32,000 bases of DNA from Candidatus Heimdallarchaeota archaeon B3_Heim (GCA_003144275.1 NJBF01000035.1:1-32000); one strand, 5' to 3'. Shown: positions 1 through 9,626, counted from the first letter of the stretch. Made by a program: numbers and translations. Notes: generated by a model not told the origin, from the sequence alone.

Positions 1-157
1 CAATTATGGTAAATATTTATCTTGAATTTTTCGATTCTTTTAAATTTTATTAAATAACTGATTTAATAGTATAATACAGTAAAGATATGGAAAGCAATAT
101 AAAATTTAAGCCGCATCCGGAATATCCTGTAAATCCTGTCTAAAAATAGCAATTTTT

Positions 158-214
158 ATGTTGGTAAAACACATCCTAAAAAGATGGGCTGACTACAAGG
201 CCAGAAAGAAATAA
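158..214 (+). pseudogene. C-terminal remnant of a RelE/HigB-like addiction-module toxin
   Basis: 182-214 reads RWADYKARKK-stop, resembling the usual end of addiction-module killer proteins. It lies 15 nt upstream of the antitoxin-like ORF. The upstream codons (MLVKHILK) do not resemble a toxin. Confidence 0.45.
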
Positions 215-229
215 AAGGGAGTCTATAAA

Positions 230-541
230 ATGGCACTTACTCGCGAATTTAAAGAAACCGTTATGTTACGGGCAAAACAAGATCCGACTTTTAGGCAAGA
301 GCTAATCGTGGAAGCGACAAACGCCTTTTTAGATGGAGATGTAGACACTGGTAAAAACTTACTCAGAGATTACCTAAACGCAACTGAAGCGTTGCCGTCT
401 ATCGCCAAGGAGCTTGCCCAGGACGAAAAAAGCATACGGCGGATGATCGGCCCAAAAGGAAATCCGACCTTGCGCAATTTCGTTAATCTGTTAGGAGCCT
501 GTAAAAAACGAGAACATTTGACGCTGCATGTCTCAACTTGA
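230..541 (+). CDS. Addiction-module antidote-like HTH DNA-binding protein
   Basis: MALTREFKETV...LLRDYLNAT...LAKEL...KSIRRMIGPKGNPTLRNF fits the antidote/HTH family found after RelE-like toxins. A GGGAG RBS precedes it. Hand-counted GC is ~45% over 241-540. Confidence 0.75.
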   Translation: MALTREFKETVMLRAKQDPTFRQELIVEATNAFLDGDVDTGKNLLRDYLNATEALPSIAKELAQDEKSIRRMIGPKGNPTLRNFVNLLGACKKREHLTLHVST

Positions 542-574
542 AGGTGCAGAGGATTTATCTAACAAAATATTATT

Positions 575-647
575 GCCACCAAGACACAAAGACACGAAGT
601 TTTAATTAAAATAACATTTATTTTTTGTGGCTTGGTGCCTTTGTGGC
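575..647. repeat. REP-like imperfect inverted repeat built of 8-bp units
   Basis: gccaccaagacacaaagacacgaag (575-599) faces tttgtggcttggtgcctttgtggc (624-647) across an AT-rich loop. Confidence 0.6.
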
Positions 648-690
648 TATTATTTCCGTTTTATCCAGGTTGGGGTAAGTGAATATTTAT

Positions 691-1419
691 CTAAGTTATT
701 TTAGTGCCGGTAGTAACAATTTCATTTACAAATGGATTATCCTTGTAATTGATATAATCATCTTCATCAAACGCTACCGGCTGAATATCAAAGTCATAGT
801 TTAAGGTGTGATCCAATAAAAAAGCTATGGCTTCAGCTCTCTCCAGGTTGGCAAAATCATCTGAAAAAACAGCAATATCTATATCACTGTCGCTTTTCCA
901 GTTACCTTTGGCATAGGAACCAAATAAAATTGCTGATTTTATCTTTATCTCTTTTGACAGATTTTTAATATAATCTGATATACCAATCAGGATGACGATA
1001 TCATATAGGGGTTCAAACTGTATCCATCTAACATCAGCGTAAAATATTTTTACGTTATCTAAAGTCTTAGTGTGTTGTTGAGTGCTTTTTGCTTGAAAAT
1101 AATTGTACTCTATGCAATCTACAGAGGTGAATTTTTCACCTAGATATCTTGTCATTGCACCACATCCAGAAGAAATGTCTAAAACGATGCTATCGGATGG
1201 TAGGTTAAAACACTCGATTATGTTGATCCTATTTATGCCCAATTGATGAGGAGATAACCATTCTTTTCCTGATCTTTGAGGATCCTCAGAATCATTGATT
1301 ATTTCGGGGAAATTTTGTTTATATTTCAAAGACTCTGGCAATACATAGAAGTTTTCTTTTTCATCATAATGAAATTCATGTAATTTAATTGTTGTATTTT
1401 CTTCCTTTCTCTTATTCAT
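691..1419 (-). CDS. Chimeric ORF: truncated class I SAM methyltransferase fused in frame to a minimal nucleotidyltransferase (MNT) domain
   Basis: The N-part has VLDISSGCGAMTRYL and YDIVILIG (methyltransferase motifs I and IV) and then stops matching. The C-part has ILFGSYAKG...SDIDIAV...DIQPV (Pol-beta-like GS-x-DxD MNT). The junction is near 979-982. Confidence 0.75.
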   Translation of the reverse strand: MNKRKEENTTIKLHEFHYDEKENFYVLPESLKYKQNFPEIINDSEDPQRSGKEWLSPHQLGINRINIIECFNLPSDSIVLDISSGCGAMTRYLGEKFTSVDCIEYNYFQAKSTQQHTKTLDNVKIFYADVRWIQFEPLYDIVILIGISDYIKNLSKEIKIKSAILFGSYAKGNWKSDSDIDIAVFSDDFANLERAEAIAFLLDHTLNYDFDIQPVAFDEDDYINYKDNPFVNEIVTTGTKIT

Positions 1420-1462
1420 TATTCCTAACAGTCCTATAAATAGATACAGGTCAAATCGTAAT

Positions 1463-2605
1463 TCAAGATCCTTTTCTATACAGACTTAAGCTAGGGTCAT
1501 CTATGAGGAAAAATTGAGCAGGATCCATTCCTGATCCGCTGTAAAGGGGTAAATAAGTATAACGAAGTTCACAATTCTTGCAAAATCCAATGGGAGGTTC
1601 TTGTTGAATGTCTTCTCTTAATTCTTGCATTTTCTTACAATTCCAAATATCTTGAAATGATTGAGTGGCAATTGATCCCAATACATACTTTATGGGGAAA
1701 AAACAAGCCGATATTTCACCAGTCGGTTCTAAAAAGCTTTCTGTCCATAGAAAAAGACAAGGAGGCTTAATAAAATCTTGTTTTTTAGGACTAAATAATT
1801 TTTCTTTTCTTAAGGGGAATTTTCGTGGCAAATCGACCTTAACTCCCTTCTTAGATGCAATTCTGTAAGTTTCTTCAATACACTGATTTGAGAGAGTCTG
1901 ATGAAAAAATAAAGATTCCCTCCTCATTTCTTGATCATATATATATGCATGATACGCTTTGACATGTTCAGCTCCAATTTCAGATGCAAAATCTACCATT
2001 TTTGGCAGCTCCTTTATATTAGATCGCAATAGAGTCATTTGAAGGGTTAATTGAGGTTGTGAATCTTTTTCCAGAGATTTTCTTAATTCAAGAAAGCGAT
2101 CGATATTTGCTTTCAATCTTTCAAACGAAGCTCCCCTTCGAATAGATTCATATAAATTTCTCTCAACGGCATCAATTGATATTACAAGAGTGCTCATAAC
2201 AGGAAGTAAATCTAATATTTTATCATCAGTTAAATTTAGCCCATTCGTTGTCACATATAGTTTAACATCATATTCTTCAGCTTTTGAAATAATTGTGTAA
2301 AAATAACTTGAAAGGAATGGTTCCCCAACGGTTGTTGTTTCTGCTTCAATTAATGTTGGAAATACTTGATTTGCAAAGCTTTCAAATAAGTCTTGAGAAA
2401 GTTCATCTTTTTTCTTAATAATCCTTTTTGAAATGCTAGGATGACGATGAAATTGGCACATAATACACTGAAGATTACATTTATGGGTAGTATTCAGGGT
2501 TACACGGATAGGCATAGCAGGATTCTCTAATAATCCAAGGTTCCAAGCCTTTTCAGCATTTTCCTTATTCTTTTGTTTAAGAAGAAAGTAGCGGATTTTA
2601 TTCAA
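1463..2605 (-). CDS. Radical SAM protein with twitch/SPASM-like auxiliary cluster domain
   Basis: CNLQCIMC (CxxxCxxC) and a C-terminal C-x17-C-x40-C-x2-C. TTG start. Confidence 0.9.
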   Translation of the reverse strand: MNKIRYFLLKQKNKENAEKAWNLGLLENPAMPIRVTLNTTHKCNLQCIMCQFHRHPSISKRIIKKKDELSQDLFESFANQVFPTLIEAETTTVGEPFLSSYFYTIISKAEEYDVKLYVTTNGLNLTDDKILDLLPVMSTLVISIDAVERNLYESIRRGASFERLKANIDRFLELRKSLEKDSQPQLTLQMTLLRSNIKELPKMVDFASEIGAEHVKAYHAYIYDQEMRRESLFFHQTLSNQCIEETYRIASKKGVKVDLPRKFPLRKEKLFSPKKQDFIKPPCLFLWTESFLEPTGEISACFFPIKYVLGSIATQSFQDIWNCKKMQELREDIQQEPPIGFCKNCELRYTYLPLYSGSGMDPAQFFLIDDPSLSLYRKGS

Positions 2606-2647
2606 TTTTTATACCATTTTCTTGATTGAAGATATTTAAAGAAACAC

Positions 2648-3223
2648 TTAAAGATATTGGTTACCAGGAATAGGTAAGACAAGCATTGGTCGCCATTTTT
2701 TAGATACAATTATAATTACATAAGCAGTATTTTCAATAGCTAGAAAGAATCCTTTCTGAGGCAATCCAAGGATCTCTGTTATCAAAAAAGTCATTAGTCT
2801 TCCATGAGTGATAAGTACAGGCCTTTTTTCCCCATTTAATGGTGTGAATTCAGACTTTAACCAGATTACTAACTTTTCAACTCTATTCGTGAGATCCTGA
2901 TATGTTTCTCCCCCATTATAACTTTCATTTGAATTAATATATCCTTTAGAATTCATAAAGGTAATATTGTTATTGATATTTCCTGAAAACTGTTCATCTA
3001 ATAATTCATTCTCAATAATATTGATATCACAAAACTGAGAAACGATATTTGCAGTTTCTATGGATCTTTTTAACGTACTGCAAATTATATGTGTAGGATT
3101 AAAACTTTTTACTACCATAGAAAGTTTTTTTGCCTGTTTCTTTCCAATTACGGTAAGGCCTCGTGTTTTATTATCATTAGGTGGCCCAATATCTTCTGCA
3201 TGACGTGCAATGAGAATTCTCAT
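2648..3223 (-). CDS. Histidine phosphatase (phosphoglycerate mutase-like) family protein
   Basis: ILIARHAE (RHG-like), GLTVIGKKQA, STLKRSIETA, LITHG. Confidence 0.85.
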   Translation of the reverse strand: MRILIARHAEDIGPPNDNKTRGLTVIGKKQAKKLSMVVKSFNPTHIICSTLKRSIETANIVSQFCDINIIENELLDEQFSGNINNNITFMNSKGYINSNESYNGGETYQDLTNRVEKLVIWLKSEFTPLNGEKRPVLITHGRLMTFLITEILGLPQKGFFLAIENTAYVIIIVSKKWRPMLVLPIPGNQYL

Positions 3224-3227
3224 CCAT

Positions 3228-4883
3228 TTACCTCAAAGTAATATATTCATTTCCTAATATTACTCCATCCAAACCCAAATTCTGCGCTGAATTAAGAGCA
3301 TCCTGTTTTGTATGGACAATTGGTTCTCCAGCCATGTTAAATGAAGTATTTATCAAACAAGGAATATCAAAATCATCTCGCATGGTTTTGAGGATATCAA
3401 TTAACATTCTTTGCTCTACATTCTCATCTGGAACAACTTGAGCTCGACTTGTTCCATCACAATGAATAACTGCAGGAATTTTCTCTCGTATTTGCTCTTT
3501 TACCTGAAATTCATAGAGCATATAGTTCATCAATTGAGAACAAATATAATCTTGAAACAGATTTTCTAATTCGCTTTCTAGTACAACTGGGGCTAGTGGT
3601 CGATACCATTCTCTTTTTTTAATTTGCATACTAACTAAGTCTTTCATATGTTTCAAACAAGGATTTGCTAAAATTGAACGATGACCTAAAGCCCTTGGTC
3701 CAGCCTCAGCATCCCCCCAACAGACTCCTATTACTGCACCTTTTGATAGATCTTTGCATACTTTATCTATGGAATAATTGGGGGAATATGATTCTCTTTC
3801 CAATCCATAGTTGTTTAGGTAAGGGTTTAATGAATTTGATATCTCATTTCCCCTTTTCCAATATAAAAAAGCCACAACTCCGAGAGATAATCCTGAGTCA
3901 CCTGCAGGAGGAGGAATCGAAACTTCATCAAATAAACGAGAATTAATAATCACCGAATTTAATTTGATGTTCAAGGCCGCACCACCCGCATAGTATAAGA
4001 ACTTAGCATCAGTATTATGCTGATGTTTTTGAATAAAATTGAATATTTTTTCTTCAAAGTGTTTTTGCATACAAGCTGCAATGTTAAAATTCATCTGGTG
4101 ATCTTGAATAATTGTATCTTTATCGTACCCGAATAAATCTTTAGCTTCCTGAATAAACTGATCTTGTGAGAATTCATTGTAGTCTCTAAAGAAATCTCTT
4201 GACCGTAACCAAGATAATAATTCATCTGATCCACTTCCATAGGATGCAAAACCCATTAATTTTCCAGGCATACTGAAATGATGTAAACGATTTATTTTCA
4301 GAATATCAAAGGTGAGATCGTTATATGAGAAATTCAATAACGCATGATGGAAAACAGTTGTATGCTCCAATAATTCAATATGATTGTTTTGAAAATACCA
4401 TGCAGTCGCGTTAGATACTGAAGCGGCCCCATCCACATGAACTAGCAATGAATTGTTATTGAACTTGCCATAGAAAGGAATAAGGGAGAAGATATGTGCT
4501 AATTCGTGAGGGACTACTATAGCTGTCACTTTTTGATCTAGAATCCTACCTGGTATTTTGACAGGCTCTAAAGTATTTGTTCCGTCATTTCGAAATTCAA
4601 CTTCATTATTTGTACTCAGAATATTGTTATCTGAATGTTTAAAGAAGTCCTTTGATTCTAACGAGAAAGTGTTTGCATAGCCTATTTCTAAATCACCAAT
4701 ATCGACCTCTAAATCCAAGAGTATTTTACTAAGCTGATTAGGCATATCATTATCATGTTTTCGACGGCTAATTCGCTCAAGCTGAATATAGGTATTGATT
4801 GAATCATCTATACATATAGCTGCCGAATGATCATGTGTCCATTGATTTTTCTGGCCAAAAAAGCCAAGAATTGTCTGATTCAT
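3228..4883 (-). CDS. O-carbamoyltransferase, NodU/CmcH/TobZ family
   Basis: HDHSAA, HELAH, GGAALNIKLN, GDSGLSLG, GPRALGHRSILANP, KKREWYRPLAP, HCDGTSRAQ, LINTSFNMAGEPIV. Confidence 0.93.
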   Translation of the reverse strand: MNQTILGFFGQKNQWTHDHSAAICIDDSINTYIQLERISRRKHDNDMPNQLSKILLDLEVDIGDLEIGYANTFSLESKDFFKHSDNNILSTNNEVEFRNDGTNTLEPVKIPGRILDQKVTAIVVPHELAHIFSLIPFYGKFNNNSLLVHVDGAASVSNATAWYFQNNHIELLEHTTVFHHALLNFSYNDLTFDILKINRLHHFSMPGKLMGFASYGSGSDELLSWLRSRDFFRDYNEFSQDQFIQEAKDLFGYDKDTIIQDHQMNFNIAACMQKHFEEKIFNFIQKHQHNTDAKFLYYAGGAALNIKLNSVIINSRLFDEVSIPPPAGDSGLSLGVVAFLYWKRGNEISNSLNPYLNNYGLERESYSPNYSIDKVCKDLSKGAVIGVCWGDAEAGPRALGHRSILANPCLKHMKDLVSMQIKKREWYRPLAPVVLESELENLFQDYICSQLMNYMLYEFQVKEQIREKIPAVIHCDGTSRAQVVPDENVEQRMLIDILKTMRDDFDIPCLINTSFNMAGEPIVHTKQDALNSAQNLGLDGVILGNEYITLR

Positions 4884-4957
4884 CTATGCAAACTCAATAC
4901 AAGATATAATTACTTGAAGTTGATAATTCAGAAGAATATACGAATGTCGTGACATAA

Positions 4958-5674
4958 TTATTTTTCCTTAATCCACACTGTGTGAATCCATTTACCTTGT
5001 TCATTTATAACGCCTACTTCCCCATTATAACGATGAACCAAGGATTGTCCATTATAAAATGGTTCAACCATTAGATATTTCTCTGTATAAACTGGATTTC
5101 CGTTTACATCTATATGGAACCATCCATTTCTCTCGTGTGCTCTTGCAAATCCTTTATGATACACATCGAGATCCTCAAACATCTTATTATGAATTATTTT
5201 TCCTTGAGGATCGATATGTGTACATAATCCATTCTTTAACCGTACAACCGCAATTCCATCTCGAAAATCACCTGCATAGAGATGTTTTTCTGAATAGAGA
5301 GGACTCCCTTGCATGTCTATATGGAAGTAATATCCCTTTTTATCTCGTATCGCGCAGTATCCATATTGATAATTACCAACCCATGAATGACGTTCATTGT
5401 AAACATATTCACCACTTGGATTAATATGGGTCCATCCGTTTTGGGTAATTACTGCAGCCAACGAATAATAGAACCCAAATGTAGCTATGAATCTCTTTCT
5501 GTAAGCTGGGGTTCCATCCATCCTTATATGGTAGGTACCTGTATCATCATAAACGGGTGCAAATCCAGGAGGATGAAATTTCAGTACTTTTCGAAAACGT
5601 TGTGAATACATAGGTTTCCTTTTATAGAGGTGATGAGATTCATCACTCGCAATTATTATGTCCTTTAAATCCAT
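4958..5674 (-). CDS. WG-repeat (KWG-like) protein
   Basis: Repeated units of F-x2-G-x-A-x-V...G-x-x-HI-x3-G (FHPPGFAPV, FYYSLAAV, FRDGIAVV, YHKGFARA, FYNGQSLV). Confidence 0.8.
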   Translation of the reverse strand: MDLKDIIIASDESHHLYKRKPMYSQRFRKVLKFHPPGFAPVYDDTGTYHIRMDGTPAYRKRFIATFGFYYSLAAVITQNGWTHINPSGEYVYNERHSWVGNYQYGYCAIRDKKGYYFHIDMQGSPLYSEKHLYAGDFRDGIAVVRLKNGLCTHIDPQGKIIHNKMFEDLDVYHKGFARAHERNGWFHIDVNGNPVYTEKYLMVEPFYNGQSLVHRYNGEVGVINEQGKWIHTVWIKEK

Positions 5675-5680
5675 AGAATA

Positions 5681-6709
5681 TCACTTTTCAGTTGGTTGTC
5701 GCATTAAACACTGTTGACATAAAGGATAAGATAAATAACTTGTCAGAAGGGATTTATACTTATCACTATTCCAGATTGATGTAAAATTTTTTTCAGAAAT
5801 GTTGCCAAAAAATCCCAATTTCCTTCTCTGAGTATCAGGAGCACAACATGGATCAAATCTCCCCGTTGCTGAGATCCAAGCTTCTTGACCAAGGAAAGGA
5901 CATAGGCCATCAGGTATTTTTGGATAATCTAAATTTAAGAATTTAAAATTTTCAAGTTTAATTTTCCTACCCGTCTTTAATCTGTATTTATCAACCATCT
6001 GATGAGCTTTTTTTACCATCAAATTCCATCCTTCAGCTTTTTCTGGTTCTCTCAAAGATAGAGGTTGAATTTCTGGAAAATGAACCCATAAATGATGTCC
6101 TTTAATTCTTTCTATCCCTAACTTTACGGCAAGAATGATTAACTCAGGTATTTCAGCAAGATTTTTATCCATAAATGTCATCTGAAGAGTGATTGAGCAA
6201 GATGTCCCTATTTCGTTAACAATTTCGTCTCTAACTTGAATAAAATCCTTTAGATTTTGAAGATTTTTGGAAAATCGTGTTCCTTTCATTATAGCTTCTT
6301 GAGTTGATGCTGTTGCCCCATTCCATGAAATTTTTATATCACTAGCAACAGGTATGATTTTTTGAGCCCAAATCTTTGCTCCAAGTCTTGGGAATGTACC
6401 ATTTGTAGTCAAATTTAATTTAAGATTATAATGATGACAATAATCAAGTATTTTATCAAATTTTTGATATAACAATGGTTCTCCCATCGTTGATGGTACA
6501 ATTTCCTTCAACCCCTTATTGCTAATCTCATCAAGAACGCTTTTAATGAACTCTAGTGGCATTTGTTCTTTTTTACTATTATTTTCCTTCTCTGTGTAAT
6601 CACGATGGTAATCACTGTGTTGTTCACACATAATACAATGAAGATTGCAATCATCAGGATTTGTGTCAAAAGTAACTCGCCAAGGAACCTTTAGATGTTT
6701 AAGATTCAT
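5681..6709 (-). CDS. Radical SAM protein with twitch/SPASM-like auxiliary cluster domain
   Basis: CNLHCIMC, STMGEPLL, LTTNGT, and a C-terminal C-x17-C-x42-C-x2-C. The ATG at 6709 follows the GT stop by 3 nt; the ORF track starts at TTG 6712. Confidence 0.92.
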   Translation of the reverse strand: MNLKHLKVPWRVTFDTNPDDCNLHCIMCEQHSDYHRDYTEKENNSKKEQMPLEFIKSVLDEISNKGLKEIVPSTMGEPLLYQKFDKILDYCHHYNLKLNLTTNGTFPRLGAKIWAQKIIPVASDIKISWNGATASTQEAIMKGTRFSKNLQNLKDFIQVRDEIVNEIGTSCSITLQMTFMDKNLAEIPELIILAVKLGIERIKGHHLWVHFPEIQPLSLREPEKAEGWNLMVKKAHQMVDKYRLKTGRKIKLENFKFLNLDYPKIPDGLCPFLGQEAWISATGRFDPCCAPDTQRRKLGFFGNISEKNFTSIWNSDKYKSLLTSYLSYPLCQQCLMRQPTEK

Positions 6710-6712
6710 CAA

Positions 6713-8017
6713 CTATTGATTCACTTCAATTAATCTTTCGTATATTTTCTCGAGCTCTTTTACATGTTCGTCAATGGATATAATATCACCAGATTCAGAA
6801 TATAAATATCCCCTTGCTCCTAACTGCTTCAGCTGCCCGGGATTCTTGATACAAAATTGCATCTGAGACGCGAGATCGGCAATATCTCGATGTTTGAAGA
6901 GTATGCCATTCTGCTTATGAGCAACGTATTCTTTCATCCCCCCATAGTCAGCTGTGATAACTGGTACTCGAGCTTGTTGTGCCTCATGGATTACTAATGG
7001 AGAATTCTCATCCCAAATTGAGGGTACTACGATCGCATCTACTCTATTAAAGACCTTTTCCATTATATCTTCATTTTGATATTCAGGAAACCATCCTATT
7101 TGTTCCTGTTTTGCTTCTGGAAGCTTCTTAACAATATCCCCTAACGCGGATGTATTTTGGGGACGCGATCGACCATATATTCTCAACCTAGTATCCCCTT
7201 TTACTTTTCCAAAAGATTTAATTAAAAGATGTATGCCTTTTGCGGGAATGTGAGTACCAATATATCCAAAAACAAAGCTTTCTTCCTTATTTCTTGTTCG
7301 ATTCCTTAATCGGTTAATTTCAAAACCATAATCTAAATAGACAATTTTTTCTATAGGGATATTAAATTCGTTTACAAACCGATTGTATAAATGTTTAGAA
7401 GGTGCAACAAACATTTGAACTTTCTTAATTATTTCTTTTATATGCTCCATTCTCTGATGTATCCAGTTCGTCCAGTATTGGATATCTCGTTCTAATGATC
7501 CTTCTAAACCAGTATAATATCGTGAATAACAAGACTTAGCACATTTATTATCTTCTTGACCAGTACACAAGTTCCATAGTGGATATTCTCCTAAACCGAT
7601 TTGTAAAAATTGTCCACGGGGGCACATTAACCAAAAATCGTGCAGCGTAAAGAGAATTGGAATGTTGTGAGAATTTAAAACTTCAACCATTGAAGTAGAT
7701 AAATGATTGAGATGTCCTATATGTGCGAGATCTGGTTTCGACTCATTTATACAGGATGAAAGGGCATCATCGAGCTTCACATGCCTATAACGATCTTTAT
7801 CCCTTGCCATGTTAACTTGGTAAACCGTAATACGTGGATCTAAAGTATCTATTGACTCTTTTATCTCATAATCTTGTAAAAAAGGATTTTCAAAACGTGT
7901 AAACACGCTTACCTGATGATTCGCCCTCATCAATCCATGTGTTAGCATACGGGAATATACTTCTGATCCCGCGTTAAATAATGGAGGATAACCATGTATT
8001 ATTTTCAGAATTCTTAT
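6713..8017 (-). CDS. Glycosyltransferase family 4 (GT-B fold)
   Basis: HIGHLNHLS, TLHDFWLMCPRG, GYIGTHIPAKG, PSIWDENSPLVIHEA. The frame is open upstream of ATG 7948 to 8017 and encodes IRILKIIHGYPPLFNAGSEVYSR, the GT4 first beta-strand region. Confidence 0.9.
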   Translation of the reverse strand: MRILKIIHGYPPLFNAGSEVYSRMLTHGLMRANHQVSVFTRFENPFLQDYEIKESIDTLDPRITVYQVNMARDKDRYRHVKLDDALSSCINESKPDLAHIGHLNHLSTSMVEVLNSHNIPILFTLHDFWLMCPRGQFLQIGLGEYPLWNLCTGQEDNKCAKSCYSRYYTGLEGSLERDIQYWTNWIHQRMEHIKEIIKKVQMFVAPSKHLYNRFVNEFNIPIEKIVYLDYGFEINRLRNRTRNKEESFVFGYIGTHIPAKGIHLLIKSFGKVKGDTRLRIYGRSRPQNTSALGDIVKKLPEAKQEQIGWFPEYQNEDIMEKVFNRVDAIVVPSIWDENSPLVIHEAQQARVPVITADYGGMKEYVAHKQNGILFKHRDIADLASQMQFCIKNPGQLKQLGARGYLYSESGDIISIDEHVKELEKIYERLIEVNQ

Positions 8018-8971
8018 TCAAATCCCCCCTGATAGTCCTAGGCGCTCATTTTCAGCTTTGAACCATTTAATTGTGCGTTTCAATCCTTCTCTGAGAAAAA
8101 TCTTAGGTTGATATCCTAAAATTTTGTTTGCTTTTGAAATATCTAAACACTGTCGAACATTTTGTTCACCGTGACGATACGTGACATGTTGAATCTCTGA
8201 TTCACTCTGGGTTAGTTCTAAGATAGTATTCGCAAGTTCATCTATTGAAGTTTCCACACCAGTTGCACAATGATAGATTTCACCGTTAATCGTTGATGAA
8301 TCAACGTTCAGCAGGAGTTCTAAGGCGTCCAAAGTGTTTGTTACATAATTGATATCACGAGTTTGATCTCCTCCCTCAATAATTAGAGGTTTACTCAGAA
8401 GAGCATTAATTATAAATCTAGCAACAACTATTTCACGACGCATATTCTCTCCATAAACAATTCCATTACGTAGAATAGTTATGGGGATCCCAAATGTTCG
8501 ATGATAAGATAGGGCTACGATTTCTGCACAATGTTTGGATGCAGAGTAGGGATTTGCAGCATATTGCGGGGCTCCTTCATTGATTGGGAGGGGTTGGTTT
8601 GGACCAAAAGTTGTTCCACTTCCCATGTAGATGAACTTTTTAGGAGGAAATTTTTTGAAACATTCCATGAGTCTATACATACTCAAAATATTGTTTTGGG
8701 CCGTATGTATTGGAGAAGTAAATCCTAAAGGAACATCAGCTTGAGCTGCGAAGTCAAATATAATATCAAAACCTTTTATATCATCTGGAGAAATATCTTG
8801 TGTCGATTTCCAAATATACTTAACGGTTTCATTTTCGTATAGGTGTCTAATCATTTCTACATGTCGAGGAGCTATTACGTCAAGTATAGAAATATCATGG
8901 CCAGTTTTCACGAGTCTTTGAGTTAAACCTGAACCACCAAAACCAGCTCCCCCTAATATCAATATCTTCAT
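8018..8971 (-). CDS. NAD-dependent epimerase/dehydratase (NDP-sugar modifying SDR)
   Basis: ILILGGAGFGGSG Rossmann motif, YSASK (YxxxK), GDQTRDINYV. Confidence 0.93.
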   Translation of the reverse strand: MKILILGGAGFGGSGLTQRLVKTGHDISILDVIAPRHVEMIRHLYENETVKYIWKSTQDISPDDIKGFDIIFDFAAQADVPLGFTSPIHTAQNNILSMYRLMECFKKFPPKKFIYMGSGTTFGPNQPLPINEGAPQYAANPYSASKHCAEIVALSYHRTFGIPITILRNGIVYGENMRREIVVARFIINALLSKPLIIEGGDQTRDINYVTNTLDALELLLNVDSSTINGEIYHCATGVETSIDELANTILELTQSESEIQHVTYRHGEQNVRQCLDISKANKILGYQPKIFLREGLKRTIKWFKAENERLGLSGGI

Positions 8972-9005
8972 TTTTTTTTACTTCCTAAATGTGTTGTTTG
9001 ATTAA

Positions 9006-9485
9006 TTAAAATAGTAAAGAAAGGGAAGGAATACTAATTTGTATTTCTTCGTTTATTTCAATAATTGAAAAGGGAAGGATTTTCTTTTGGGTTAATATTG
9101 GGAAATCCTTGTAAAATTCTTTATACTTATCATTGGATATTACAAAAGCTTCAAATTTTTCTGCGAAATCAAGGATAAAATAATCATCATTCCAATTTGA
9201 AGGAGTGTAGAAAATTCTCCCAGAGTTTTTCAAATTTTGAAGAATTCTGGAATCTTTAAATCTAATTTCGAAATATTCAGGGAGGATTATGAATATTTTA
9301 TTTGTAAGCTTTTCAAGGTACTTTACTAGGACACTGAACCTCATGAAATTAAATTTAATTCGTTTATTGTTGTAAAGGATATTTGCCCCATCAACAATAA
9401 ATGATATGCTCTTCTCTTTCTCCCACTTTTTCTTGAGATATTGTGTTATCTCATTAAAATCTTTCACTATCGACATAATGGTCAC
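9006..9485 (-). CDS. NYN/PIN ribonuclease of Zc3h12a (Regnase)-like type
   Basis: IVDGANI, NDDYFIL and VISNDKYKEF acidic tetrad. Confidence 0.8.
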   Translation of the reverse strand: MTIMSIVKDFNEITQYLKKKWEKEKSISFIVDGANILYNNKRIKFNFMRFSVLVKYLEKLTNKIFIILPEYFEIRFKDSRILQNLKNSGRIFYTPSNWNDDYFILDFAEKFEAFVISNDKYKEFYKDFPILTQKKILPFSIIEINEEIQISIPSLSLLF

Positions 9486-9626
9486 CTAATAATGATCGAA
9501 TCAATGAAATGCCATGTCTATGACACTGGTCTGCCAGGTGACTAGCAAGTTACGTCATAGTCGCATATGTAAATTCATTGATTATATCACTAGTATTGTT
9601 TTCAGTAAATTGTCAGTTTAAATCGC

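Noticed and set aside
1665-8728. Plus-strand ORFs 1665-1868, 3665-3946, 5059-5424, 5387-5605 and 8531-8728
   Set aside because: They are antisense shadows of well-supported minus-strand genes and have no recognisable motifs.
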